Below, piece after piece: positions 19,078 through 28,980 of a stretch of 64,000 nucleotides of DNA. A program made the translations under genes and the position numbers. Each line of letters starts with the position of its first letter. The first letter of the stretch is position 1. Origin of the DNA: Candidatus Magasanikiibacteriota bacterium (GTDB lineage: Bacteria; Patescibacteriota; Patescibacteriia; Magasanikbacterales; UBA922); contig JACPSK010000003.1 of the NCBI GenBank assembly GCA_016193335.1, forward strand, positions 23,739 to 87,738, given 5' to 3'. The notes under the pieces are model-generated. The model ran no database searches. It was not told the DNA's origin and worked only from the letters and a program-made list of their open reading frames with translations.

Positions 19078-19339
19078 GATTTAGTCCGCCATTCTTATTC
19101 CGCGACAGACTCATTATTATAGAGAAACAAAGAAAAAGGCTCTTTCTTATCCCAGAGCCTGTTAAAATTTCGTGCTAGGGAATATTAAAATCCCCCATAA
19201 AAAGCCGGAAGCAAAGAAAAAAAGATCATGGCGAATACTCCGATAATCGCGATGACCGTCCAGAGCCTGTGGAATTTTTTGTTATTGTACATATAAACAT
19301 GAAGTATAACAAATATAAGGAATTATAACGAATTAAGCT

Positions 19340-21139
19340 TCATCTCTTCAAGACTGCCAAGTAGGCCTCGGTTGGAATATCCACTTTGCCTTTTCCATGA
19401 GCAAGCATTTTTTTCTTTCCTTTTTTTTGTTTTTCAAGGAGTTTACGCTTTCGAGTTACATCTCCACCGTAAAGTTTGGCCGTTACGTCTTTACGCAGGG
19501 CGGAAATCCGTTCGGCCGCTATAATTTTTCCGCCTATGGCCGCTTGAATTTTTAGGACGAATTGTTGCTTGGGTAAAGTATCTTTTAGCGAATTGACTAT
19601 TTTTTTGCCGATTCCAAAAGCTTGTTCACGCCAAACCAGAGTAGCGAGAGCCTCCACCGCCTCATCGGCGATAAAAATGTCCATTTTCACTACATCGGCT
19701 TTTCGATATTCTTTGAATTCATAATTTAAAGAAGCATAGCCGCTCGTGACTGTTTTTAACTTATCGTAAAAGTCAGTAATAAGAGAGGCAAGAGGCATTT
19801 GGTAATGCAGCATGGCGCGCTGTTCTCCTGTCGTAGAACTTGAGGAAGCGCTTAGATATTCGGTATTTATGTATTGCCCTTTGCGTTCTGAAACAAGACT
19901 CATTATATTTCCTATGAAAGATTGGGGCACAATGATATCCACGTTCATCCAAGGCTCTTCAATATGTTCTATCTCTTGAATGCTCGGGAGACCTTGCGGA
20001 CTTTTTATGGTTTGCTCTGCGCCGTTTGTTTTGAAGACATGATACGCTACGCTTGGAACGGTGGCGATTATGTGGAGGCCGAATTCGCGGCGCAGGCGTT
20101 CTTGAAAAATTTCCAGATGTAGCATGCCCAGAAATCCGCAGCGAAATCCAAAACCGAGCGCCTGTGATTGTTCTGGTTCATATGCCAGAGCTGAATCGCT
20201 GAGTTTCAGTTTTTCCATCGCTTCACGCAGAGCGGAATAGTCGTCTCCTTCTTGAGGAAAAATTCCAGCGAATACCATCGGTTTTACTTTTTTATAACCG
20301 GGCAAGGCTTGGTTCGCTTGATTTTTTTCAAGAGTAATCGTGTCTCCCACGCGCACTTCCCCCAGTTCCTTGAGTCCGCTCACCACATAGCCGATTTGTC
20401 CGTTTTCAAGTTTTAAGTCGGCCTTCAAATCGGGGTTGTAGTGGCCGACTTCCAAAACCTCGGCTCTGGCCCCTGTACTCATAAATTGTATTCGGTCCCC
20501 TTTGGAAATGGCGCCGTCTTTCACACGGACTGAAGCGATTACGCCGCGGTAATCGTCGTAAAAAGAATCGAAAATGAGGGCCCGAGTTTTGTGTTCTTCG
20601 TTGCTTGGCGGCGAAGGAATAAGATCTAAAACTGCTTGGAGCAATTCTTCCACCCCCTGACCGGTTTTACCGGAGCAGGTAAGAATGTCTTCGCGTTTGC
20701 ATCCGATGAGATGAACGATTTCGGCTCCCGCTTTTTCTGTGTCTGCGTTTGGCAAGTCAATTTTATTCAAAACCGGAATAATAACAAGGTTTTGTTCGAG
20801 CGCGAGATAAAGGTTTGCTATGGTCTGAGCCTGCACGCCTTGGCTGGCATCCACCAGCAGAATAGCTCCTTCCACCGCAGCGAGGGAACGGGAGACTTCA
20901 TAAGTAAAATCCACATGGCCGGGAGTATCTATAAGGTTCAGCAGGTGATTTCTAAACTTCATGCGCACAGGCTGGAGTTTTATGGTGATGCCCCGTTCTT
21001 GCTCCAGTTCCATCTGGTCCAGGATTTGATCTTTCATGTTTCTTTTGTCTATGGTTCCGGTAATTTCTAAAAAACGATCCGCAAGCGTGGATTTGCCATG
21101 ATCTATGTGGGCTATGATGCAGAAATTGCGGATGTTCAT
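19340..21139 (-). CDS. lepA: Elongation factor 4 (LepA)
   Basis: IRNFCIIAHIDHGKSTLADR G-domain, LepA-specific C-terminal domain. 599 aa. Confidence 0.95.
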   Translation of the reverse strand: MNIRNFCIIAHIDHGKSTLADRFLEITGTIDKRNMKDQILDQMELEQERGITIKLQPVRMKFRNHLLNLIDTPGHVDFTYEVSRSLAAVEGAILLVDASQGVQAQTIANLYLALEQNLVIIPVLNKIDLPNADTEKAGAEIVHLIGCKREDILTCSGKTGQGVEELLQAVLDLIPSPPSNEEHKTRALIFDSFYDDYRGVIASVRVKDGAISKGDRIQFMSTGARAEVLEVGHYNPDLKADLKLENGQIGYVVSGLKELGEVRVGDTITLEKNQANQALPGYKKVKPMVFAGIFPQEGDDYSALREAMEKLKLSDSALAYEPEQSQALGFGFRCGFLGMLHLEIFQERLRREFGLHIIATVPSVAYHVFKTNGAEQTIKSPQGLPSIQEIEHIEEPWMNVDIIVPQSFIGNIMSLVSERKGQYINTEYLSASSSSTTGEQRAMLHYQMPLASLITDFYDKLKTVTSGYASLNYEFKEYRKADVVKMDIFIADEAVEALATLVWREQAFGIGKKIVNSLKDTLPKQQFVLKIQAAIGGKIIAAERISALRKDVTAKLYGGDVTRKRKLLEKQKKGKKKMLAHGKGKVDIPTEAYLAVLKR

Positions 21140-21449
21140 ACCTCTTCTTTGTTGTGTAGTGTGATGATTTTATCTAATGTAAGGTTTTTTTGCAAATATT
21201 TTAGTTCATGGTAAGGTTAAGAAAAAAGTAGACGAATTATCGATTTTTGGACTCTGTAGGGTTGTCTCCATGGGCCTTGAAAAACAGACATGGGCCTTGT
21301 TTTTGTCGACAGTGTCTCTGCTCTCATTCAGAGTGACACTTGAGCTCTTAATGAGCTTCAGAGAGATCTTTGTGAGATACCATACCTGATGGGGAGATCT
21401 GGGGAGAAAAGTACCGACCCGAGGACGGCGACTGAGCAGATATATCTGC

Positions 21450-23057
21450 TCATTTTGTTTGCTCGAGAGAAGTATCTGTCCCGGCCAATTTGAGCCAGCG
21501 TTTTCTGAGACTTTTTTTGATAAGTTCCAACTCTTCGAGTTTCAGCCAATGGCATATCAATATATAGGTAAAGAGACCTATCAAAGCTGAAACCGCGCCT
21601 TGGATAAAAATTCCCCAAAAGCGGGTCATATCAACAAGCGCCGCGAGCGGAGTTTTCATATATTGGACCATGGTAGCCATCATAAAGGCTGCCAATGAAA
21701 TTTTTAACAAACTTTTAAGCATACTTCGTTCGTGGAGGGTTTTGAGTTTAAAGCGAAGCGCGATCCAGGTAAGAGCAAGCTGTATGGCTCCTGATATAGA
21801 AAAAGCGAGAGCCAGACCGGCAACTCCGAAATGGTCTCTCAAACTCAGACTTAACATGAAGTTTAATATGACTCCGGCGGCACTGAGTAAAAAAGGTGTC
21901 CATGTGTCTTGTAGCGCGTAGAAGGCACGGGCAAGGATCAGTATCAAACATTGAGCGAAAAGCGATAATGAGAAGAAGGCGAGGGTGTCTGCGGTCGCTA
22001 TGGTGGAGTTCCAGTCGAATTTTCCTGAACCCAAAACCACGCGCACAATTTGGGCGCGCAAGAGGAGAAAGATAATCGTGGCCGGTACTATAAAAAAAAT
22101 AATTTGTCTCAGACTAAAGGACAGCTGAGATATCATTTCATCTCTTTGACCTTCTGCCATGAGTTTCGCAAGAGTGGGAAAGGCCGCTATGGCGAATGAA
22201 TGGCCGATGATGCCAACCGAGAAGAATTGCAGGTTATTGGCCAGGTTGAATATAGCGATGCTCCCTGCGGCCAAGCTTGAAGCAAGTACCGTCATGATCA
22301 GGAGATTAATTTGTTGAGTGGCAAGGCCCAAAGTCCGTGGCACTATGAGTTTGCCCACTTTCCGGACCAGAGGGTCTTTGAGCGAAAAAATCGGTTTTAA
22401 ACAAAATCCATAATGGAAAAGGGCGGGTATTTGTATAGAAACGTGGAGTATCGCTCCAAGCACTACGCCCCAGGCCAAGCCCGCGGGTCCCAGCCGGGGC
22501 ACAAAAAAAAGAACCCCGAGTATGATTCCGAGATTATACAAGATGGGGCTGAGAGCGAATACTATAAAATTTTTAAAAGAATGCAAAACACTGCTTATCA
22601 CACTGCTCAAGCCAAGCAGAACGGGACTCAGAAACATGATCCGGGTGAGTCTAATGGTGAGTTCCAGTTTTTCGGGAGGAAAATTATTGACCATCTTGCC
22701 CATCAGAATTGGAGTAAGCGCGTACAGCACGGCGCATACGCACAGAAAACCGAGACTGACGATAGTGAGTATATTGTTGGTGAGTTTCCATGCTCTGTCT
22801 TTATCTTTTTGCCAAATTTCCAGGAATACGGGAATAAAACCGGCTGACAAAGCTCCCGCAATGAGTAAATTGAACACAAAATCAGGGATACGAAAGGCGG
22901 CGTAATAGGCATCCAAAATATCCCCGGCTCCAAAGTAATGGGCCAATATTCTGTCTCGCAGCACTCCGATGATCCTGCTTAGAAAAGACGCCGCTCCTAG
23001 AATGATGGCGGCGCCTGTGATGGTTTTTGACTGGGACGAAAATAACTGTGTAATCAT
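21450..23057 (-). CDS. murJ: Lipid II flippase MurJ (MviN)
   Basis: SRIIGVLRDRILAHYFGAG..DAYYAAFRIPDF N-terminal signature, 14 TM. Start set to the internal ATG (ORF track extends to 23195, overlapping corA). Confidence 0.85.
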   Translation of the reverse strand: MITQLFSSQSKTITGAAIILGAASFLSRIIGVLRDRILAHYFGAGDILDAYYAAFRIPDFVFNLLIAGALSAGFIPVFLEIWQKDKDRAWKLTNNILTIVSLGFLCVCAVLYALTPILMGKMVNNFPPEKLELTIRLTRIMFLSPVLLGLSSVISSVLHSFKNFIVFALSPILYNLGIILGVLFFVPRLGPAGLAWGVVLGAILHVSIQIPALFHYGFCLKPIFSLKDPLVRKVGKLIVPRTLGLATQQINLLIMTVLASSLAAGSIAIFNLANNLQFFSVGIIGHSFAIAAFPTLAKLMAEGQRDEMISQLSFSLRQIIFFIVPATIIFLLLRAQIVRVVLGSGKFDWNSTIATADTLAFFSLSLFAQCLILILARAFYALQDTWTPFLLSAAGVILNFMLSLSLRDHFGVAGLALAFSISGAIQLALTWIALRFKLKTLHERSMLKSLLKISLAAFMMATMVQYMKTPLAALVDMTRFWGIFIQGAVSALIGLFTYILICHWLKLEELELIKKSLRKRWLKLAGTDTSLEQTK

Positions 23058-23119
23058 AAACGCGCCCTTTCGCTGATTTAGGGCCTTTTTTACGGGAGAA
23101 AAGAGAAAAGGCCAAAGTT

Positions 23120-24040
23120 TTAAAGCCAATTCCTTCGTTTTAACATTCCTATCGTGATGAGTATAACGCTGAGGAGGACTATGAACATAGTCCATACATA
23201 ACTTGCTTTATGGGCGAAGGGCAAACCTTCTATGTTCATGCCATAGATTCCGGACAATAAAGTAAGCGGTAGCAAGGCCACCGAAATAACCGTGAGCGTG
23301 CCGATTACTTTGTTGGTCCTCCGATTTATGATTGATTCAACCGTTAAATGAAGACCGGAGATCGTTTCTTTGTACGTTTCGATGATAGCCCAGAGTTTAT
23401 CCATGTAGTCTCGCAAATCATCGAAATAAAGAGACAGGTGTTCATCCAGGAATGTTTTTCGTGTGTTGGAGAGATTGGACATGAGGTATCGCTGCGGTTC
23501 TATGATCCTTCTGAAATGAAGGATATTTCTCCTATGTACTGCGAGTTCTCTGATCATGGAAGTGTCCGGCTCATCGCTGAATATTTCATTTTCCAATATA
23601 GACACATGTTTTCCTATATTGTTGAGTATTGGTCTGGCCTCGTGAAACAAAGATTCTATGAGCTTATAAAGCAGATAAGCCGCGTCGTCGTTAAACCATT
23701 CTTTGTTGACGTTTCTGTTGTTCATGCAACGGTAGAAGAAATTTTTTATTTCCTTACTTTTTTTATTTTGTATGGTAATAAGGTATCCATCTCCCAAAAA
23801 TATATTGAGTTCGTGTGTTTTTACTTGTTTTTCAAAATTCTGCCAAGCGGGAAAATGCAGGACTAGGAAGAGATAATCTTTGTAAATGTCAATTTTAGGA
23901 GTTTGACTTTCACTTTGTATGTCTTCAATATCAAGATGGTGGAACTTGTAGTTTTTTTTGAGATAAGAAATCGCCTCTGCGTCTACTTGATCTATATTTA
24001 TCCAGGTGATGTTGTTTTTTTTGAATTCTTTGATCATCAT
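23120..24040 (-). CDS. corA: CorA-family magnesium/cobalt transporter
   Basis: C-terminal two TM helices with YGMNIEGLP (the GMN motif). Confidence 0.8.
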   Translation of the reverse strand: MMIKEFKKNNITWINIDQVDAEAISYLKKNYKFHHLDIEDIQSESQTPKIDIYKDYLFLVLHFPAWQNFEKQVKTHELNIFLGDGYLITIQNKKSKEIKNFFYRCMNNRNVNKEWFNDDAAYLLYKLIESLFHEARPILNNIGKHVSILENEIFSDEPDTSMIRELAVHRRNILHFRRIIEPQRYLMSNLSNTRKTFLDEHLSLYFDDLRDYMDKLWAIIETYKETISGLHLTVESIINRRTNKVIGTLTVISVALLPLTLLSGIYGMNIEGLPFAHKASYVWTMFIVLLSVILITIGMLKRRNWL

Positions 24041-24064
24041 AGAATTGAGAAAGCTTTCTTGATT

Positions 24065-24748
24065 TTACTCAAGAGAAGTGGTAACGGTCAGAAACAACGC
24101 GTCGGTTGTTTCTGTGCTCGGATCGTCTTGTATAAATATGAGGCCGTCTATTCCCGTTTTACTAAAGGTAAATTGGCGCGTCAATTTGTTTGAGCTGGTT
24201 ATTCCTATTTTGAAATTGCGTTTTTTAAGTTCTGTTCTGTAGTATTCTTCCAAAAAGTCCGCGCTGGCGTCGAGCTGTTCCCATTCTATGCTGACGACAT
24301 CTCGGTGATCTGCGATGGGAGCTTTCATGAAAGCCACCAGGCGCCGGGCCAGACTGAGGGATTGTTCTGTTATGCCGTTGTCTTTTTTCGCTGTGGAGCT
24401 GAAATCATTGTCTCGATCCAATATGAGGACAACAGGGGATATGAACAGCTTGGGGAGAAAGGCCGCGTATTCGGCTCCTTTATTACGTTCCACCCCTTTT
24501 GTGAGCTTTATGAGTTTGGTCCCTTCTATATCGTAGGTTGGCACCAATTCGGCGAAAAGACTTGGCAGATCTTTGATTTCCACCGGTTTGGGCCTGAGGG
24601 TAAATTTTAAAAGTATCAAAGAAACAATAATCACTACCCCCAGACATCCCAAGCAGCTGACACAGGCTCTGCGCAAACACGATTTTTTTTTCGTGAGTTG
24701 TTCGATGGGCGGTTCTTTTATTTCGACTTTTGAAAATGCTGGAGTCAT
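24065..24748 (-). CDS. Hypothetical membrane-anchored protein (single N-terminal TM, extracytoplasmic domain)
   Basis: Cys-rich TM anchor CLRRACVSCLGCLGVVIIVSLILL. No recognisable domain. Start likely at internal MTPAFSK (ORF track to 24859). Confidence 0.4.
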   Translation of the reverse strand: MTPAFSKVEIKEPPIEQLTKKKSCLRRACVSCLGCLGVVIIVSLILLKFTLRPKPVEIKDLPSLFAELVPTYDIEGTKLIKLTKGVERNKGAEYAAFLPKLFISPVVLILDRDNDFSSTAKKDNGITEQSLSLARRLVAFMKAPIADHRDVVSIEWEQLDASADFLEEYYRTELKKRNFKIGITSSNKLTRQFTFSKTGIDGLIFIQDDPSTETTDALFLTVTTSLE

Positions 24749-25009
24749 ATTGAGATTATCGAATCTATTGTAGCAAAATAGTTTGAATTTGTGTAGGGAC
24801 AAGAATATATGTCCTTCATGTGAACTTTGGGATAGCGTATCCTGACCGGCCCGGGCCATAATCTAGGTATTATTGCCGAGCCTGCTTCTGTATTGTACTA
24901 TGTATCACATGAGTACAGGCCTGTCTAAAGGCGCTTGTGGAGGGTCTGGGTAATTTGATACTGCCGGTGGCGTTTAGCGCTCATTAATAATTTTTATTGT
25001 CATTTAATT

Positions 25010-26362
25010 ATGAAATTATCATTTTACGGGGCCGCGCACGAAGTAACCGGATCATGCTATTTGCTTGAGACAAACGGGAAAAAGATTTTGGTAGATTGTG
25101 GCATGTTCCAAGGTTCCGATTTCAACGCGGGCAAAAATCATGATGCTTTTCCTTTTGATCCTTCTTCCATAGATTGCGTTTTGGTGACGCACGCGCATCT
25201 TGATCATACCGGACGTATACCGAGACTGATACATGATGGTTTCAAAGGAAAAATATACATGACCAAGGCCACCCTCGAATTGGCGCGGATTGTGTGGGAA
25301 GACGCCTTGAATATTATGCTTTCTGATCGAGAAGAATTTCAACTGCCCGTATTGTATGATATGGGTGATATAGAAACTGCTTCAGAACATGGTGAGGGTG
25401 TTTCCTATGGCGCGACTGTAAATGTGGGCCAGGACATAAGCGCTGTTTTCAAAGACGCGGGCCATATTTTTGGTTCGGCTTTTATTGAAATTTTTTCAGA
25501 AGGGAAAACCATAGCTTTTTCCGGCGATATTGGAAATAAAGACGCGCCCATACTTCGTGAGACCGAAGCCTTGGGATCTATCGATATTTTGCTTTGCGAA
25601 TCCACCTATGGAGCCCGGAATCATGAATCTGTGGAAGAACGCGACCACCTATTATTGGAGCTTATACGTGAGGGTTGTAAAAAGGGAGGTACCATTATGA
25701 TGCCGGCCTTTTCCATAGAGCGCACACAGGAGATCTTGTATCGTTTGGACCGTTTGAGCGAAGAAGAAAAAACGCTTCCTAAAATTCCTATTTTTTTGGA
25801 TAGTCCCATGGCGATAAACGCTTTGTCGGTTTATAAAAAATATCCAGAATATTATGATGAGGAAGCCTGCAAGAAATATATGAAAGGGAATGATTTTTTT
25901 GATTTTCCTCAATTGAAAATCACCGCTACCGTGGATGCTTCAAAACATATCAATTCAGTAAAAGGTCCTAAAATGGTAATTGCCGGAGCGGGTATGATGA
26001 ATGGGGGGCGTATTTTGCACCATGCGCTCAGATACTTGCCAGATCCTCATTCAACGCTTATCATTGTGGGCTATCAGGCCTACGGCACTTTGGGACGCAG
26101 ACTCTACGAGGGCGCGGACACGGTCAATATTTTTGGCAAGAAGATAAAAGTTGCCTGTACCATAAAAGCCATAGGCGCCTTGTCCGCCCATGCTGACCAA
26201 GAAAAACTTTTGAGTTGGATAGCGAGTGCCGGGAAAAGGCCTGGAAAAGTATATTGCGTCCATGGAGAAGCCGAATCGGCAACAGCATTTGCTCACAAAT
26301 TGAGAGATGTCTTCGGTATCACTGCTCTGGTGCCTGAGTATGGAGAGACGGCTCTTGTTTGA
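25010..26362 (+). CDS. MBL-fold beta-CASP ribonuclease (RNase J/CPSF-like)
   Basis: VDCGMFQG, HAHLDHTG motifs, beta-CASP region. 450 aa. Confidence 0.8.
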   Translation: MKLSFYGAAHEVTGSCYLLETNGKKILVDCGMFQGSDFNAGKNHDAFPFDPSSIDCVLVTHAHLDHTGRIPRLIHDGFKGKIYMTKATLELARIVWEDALNIMLSDREEFQLPVLYDMGDIETASEHGEGVSYGATVNVGQDISAVFKDAGHIFGSAFIEIFSEGKTIAFSGDIGNKDAPILRETEALGSIDILLCESTYGARNHESVEERDHLLLELIREGCKKGGTIMMPAFSIERTQEILYRLDRLSEEEKTLPKIPIFLDSPMAINALSVYKKYPEYYDEEACKKYMKGNDFFDFPQLKITATVDASKHINSVKGPKMVIAGAGMMNGGRILHHALRYLPDPHSTLIIVGYQAYGTLGRRLYEGADTVNIFGKKIKVACTIKAIGALSAHADQEKLLSWIASAGKRPGKVYCVHGEAESATAFAHKLRDVFGITALVPEYGETALV

Positions 26363-26384
26363 AAATTATAACAGTACTTTATTA

Positions 26385-28556
26385 ATGGAATTCAAATTAC
26401 AAGCTCCATATAAACCCTCAGGAGACCAACCAAAGGCCATGGTGGGCCTTATTTCAGGTTTTTCTAAACAAGAAATGAGACAAACTCTTCTTGGCGTTAC
26501 AGGTTCGGGCAAGACCTTTACCGTGGCCAATGTCATACAAGCTCTACAAACACCCAGCCTGGTTATAGCGCACAACAAGACTTTGGCCGCGCAGCTTTGC
26601 AATGAATTTAGAGAGTTTTTTCCAGACAACGCGGTAGAGTATTTTGTGAGTTATTATGATTATTATCAGCCAGAGGCCTATATGCCTGGCTCTGACACAT
26701 ATATAGAGAAAGAAGCCCAGGTAAATGAAGAAATAGATCGGCTCCGTCACGCGTGCACCCAAGCTTTGTTGAGCCGTCGCGATGTTATCATTGTTGCTTC
26801 GGTTTCAGCCATTTACGGCTTGGGCTCTCCAACCGAATATGAAAAAATTGTGCTTCATCTCGAACTTGGACAGCGCTTGGATCGTCGAACTTTGATGGAA
26901 CAGCTCGTTGAAATGCAATTTGAGCGCAATACTTTGGAAGTGAAGCGCGGCACTTTTCGAATGCGTGGCCAGGTTTTTGAAATTATGCCGGTGAATGAAG
27001 AGCGCGTCTACCGACTTGAAATTACAGACAGAATCGAAACAATAGAACAGATTGATCCGGTAAGCAGATCAGTGCTCCGTTCTTCTCGCGGTGAAGCAAG
27101 AGATCCAGGCCTTGTTTCTCAGCCAGGAACCAAGGCGCTTGCTGATCTTTGGTTTTTTCCGGCAAAACATTATGTGGCAGGTCCCAAGGCAAGAACAGAA
27201 GCGATCGGACGCATAGAGTCAGAGCTTAATGAACGATTATCTTATTTTAAGAAACAGGGGAAGGTTTTGGAGCATGAACGCCTGAAACGTCGGGTTCGGC
27301 ATGATCTGGAACTTATCAAAAATCTTGGTTATTGCAATGGGATTGAAAATTATTCCAGACATTTTGAAGGGAGGGCTGAAGGGGAGCCGCCTTTTACTTT
27401 GCTGGATTATTTTGAGCGAGCGGCGGGCAGGGACGGTTTTTTGACGGTGATCGACGAATCCCATGCTACGATTCCGCAGATTCGAGGTATGTATCATGGA
27501 GACAGAGCGCGTAAGGATACTTTGGTGGAACATGGATTCCGTCTACCCAGCGCTCGAGACAATCGTCCCTTGACCTTTGAAGAATTTGATACAAAGGTTT
27601 CCAAGGTTTTGTATGTTTCAGCCACGCCGGCCGAGTATGAGATCAAAAGCAGTTCTCGTGTGGTTGAACAGATTGTGCGTCCCACCGGGCTCGTTGATCC
27701 AGAGGTTTTGCTGAAACCTATCACGGGCCGTTCATTTTCAGAAAAGAGCAAGAAAACGGCGGGAAAAGAATCTCTATCGCAGGTTGATGATGTGATTTTG
27801 GAAATACAAAAGACGGTAGAGAAAAAAGAACGAGTTTTGGTTACCACTCTCAGCAAAAAGATGGCTGAAGATTTGACCGAATATTTGAAAAAAAAGAAAT
27901 TGAAAGTCACCTATTTGCACAGTGACATACATACTTTAGAAAGAATCAGTATTATACACGCGCTCAGGAAAGGTGAAATAGATGTTATTGTGGGCGTAAA
28001 TTTGCTCCGCGAGGGTCTGGATATTCCGGAAGTTTCTCTGGTGGCTATTTTAGACGCTGATAAGGAAGGATTTTTGCGGAGTGAAACCAGTCTGGTCCAG
28101 ACCATAGGGAGAGCCGCGCGGAATGTAAATGGGAGGGTTATATTATATGCCGACGAAATGACCGGTTCTATTGAGAGAGCTCTTGGAGAAACGAAGCGCC
28201 GTCGCGAAATTCAGCTCGTCTACAATAGAGAACATGGGATTAGTCCCAAGACCATTGAAAAACGTATTCGTAATATATTGGCGGAGTTTGGCATTGGCGA
28301 TGAAAAGGGGATTAGCACAGATAAAAGAATGAAAAAAAGAAGGGTGGAAATCGCCAGACTCGATACTCTTGGCGACGAGCGCGACATCAAAGAGATCATC
28401 AAAGATAAAGAGCAAAAAATGAAAGAAGCGGCCCGAGGGCTTGAGTTTGAGTTGGCCGCCCTTCTTCGGGATGAAATTCGCGAATTGGAAGCCAGAGGCA
28501 AAGTTTCCAAGATGCTGAAAACAAAAAAACGGCAGAGCCGCGGTGTAAGAGTTTGA
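26385..28556 (+). CDS. uvrB: Excinuclease ABC subunit B
   Basis: GVTGSGKTFTVANVIQ Walker A, helicase motifs, C-terminal UVR motif ELAALLRDEIRELE. Start at the internal ATG after the preceding gene's stop. Confidence 0.95.
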   Translation: MEFKLQAPYKPSGDQPKAMVGLISGFSKQEMRQTLLGVTGSGKTFTVANVIQALQTPSLVIAHNKTLAAQLCNEFREFFPDNAVEYFVSYYDYYQPEAYMPGSDTYIEKEAQVNEEIDRLRHACTQALLSRRDVIIVASVSAIYGLGSPTEYEKIVLHLELGQRLDRRTLMEQLVEMQFERNTLEVKRGTFRMRGQVFEIMPVNEERVYRLEITDRIETIEQIDPVSRSVLRSSRGEARDPGLVSQPGTKALADLWFFPAKHYVAGPKARTEAIGRIESELNERLSYFKKQGKVLEHERLKRRVRHDLELIKNLGYCNGIENYSRHFEGRAEGEPPFTLLDYFERAAGRDGFLTVIDESHATIPQIRGMYHGDRARKDTLVEHGFRLPSARDNRPLTFEEFDTKVSKVLYVSATPAEYEIKSSSRVVEQIVRPTGLVDPEVLLKPITGRSFSEKSKKTAGKESLSQVDDVILEIQKTVEKKERVLVTTLSKKMAEDLTEYLKKKKLKVTYLHSDIHTLERISIIHALRKGEIDVIVGVNLLREGLDIPEVSLVAILDADKEGFLRSETSLVQTIGRAARNVNGRVILYADEMTGSIERALGETKRRREIQLVYNREHGISPKTIEKRIRNILAEFGIGDEKGISTDKRMKKRRVEIARLDTLGDERDIKEIIKDKEQKMKEAARGLEFELAALLRDEIRELEARGKVSKMLKTKKRQSRGVRV

Positions 28557-28564
28557 TGTATTCT

Positions 28565-28615
28565 CCGTCCGTGTTCCCTGGGCCTATAAAGAGGTCCAGG
28601 GACCGGACGGGTATG
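28565..28615. terminator. Strong inverted repeat (about 15-bp stem CCGTCCG.GTTCCCTGG / CCAGGGACCGGACGG) between convergent uvrB and the small peptide gene
   Basis: Near-perfect inverted repeat directly after the uvrB stop. No clear T-run. Confidence 0.5.
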
Positions 28616-28625
28616 TTCGGTCGGC

Positions 28626-28718
28626 TTATGGAGCCGCCAGCGCGTAGACGAGAAGTGGCACGGCCACAGCGAAGATTGTGACGACGAGGGTGCTGATCAA
28701 TTTTTCACGCTTGCCCAT
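28626..28718 (-). CDS. Small hydrophobic peptide (30 aa, MGKREKLISTLVVTIFAVAVPLLVYALAAP) on a GC-rich islet
   Basis: GGGAG RBS 7 nt upstream. Upstream TTGACA-N17-TACACT promoter near 28812-28840 gives about 95-nt 5'UTR. Single TM helix. C-terminal LVYAL resembles KdpF-like and type I toxin-like peptides. Confidence 0.35.
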   Translation of the reverse strand: MGKREKLISTLVVTIFAVAVPLLVYALAAP

Positions 28719-28860
28719 GGTGTTCTCCCTATCCTGCGTTACGAACCCGGAAGCCTTTGCGCCGAACCGCTTTTGCGATGTCAGCTCAATGGACCGAACG
28801 GACAAAGTGTAGAGGGGGGGCGGCATTTTGTCAATGGTTTTTTTACATGGTTGCTGTGTA

Positions 28861-28930
28861 TATCTTCAAGCCTATCCCTTCATAACATATTTCAAACTGA
28901 CATATCGTCATGGAGAGTATACGCGAGCTA
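28861..28930 (+). repeat. Copy C (partial) of modular intergenic repeat family
   Basis: GCCTATCCCTTCATAACATATTTCAAA H1 module plus a degenerate CTCGCATTGG fragment. Confidence 0.45.
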
Positions 28931-28980
28931 TCGACTTTGATCTCGCATTGGAGTATGCCCCTTTGTGTGCATAATATATT

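Noticed and set aside
19185-19292. 35-aa hydrophobic minus-strand mini-ORF (MYNNKKFHRLWTVIAIIGVFAMIFFSLLPAFYGGF) between recJ and lepA
   Set aside because: No Shine-Dalgarno sequence and no supporting promoter. Plausible small membrane protein but unsupported.
21358-21618. 86-aa ORF overlapping the 3' end of murJ
   Set aside because: Same-strand, out-of-frame overlap with a confidently assigned gene. No independent support.
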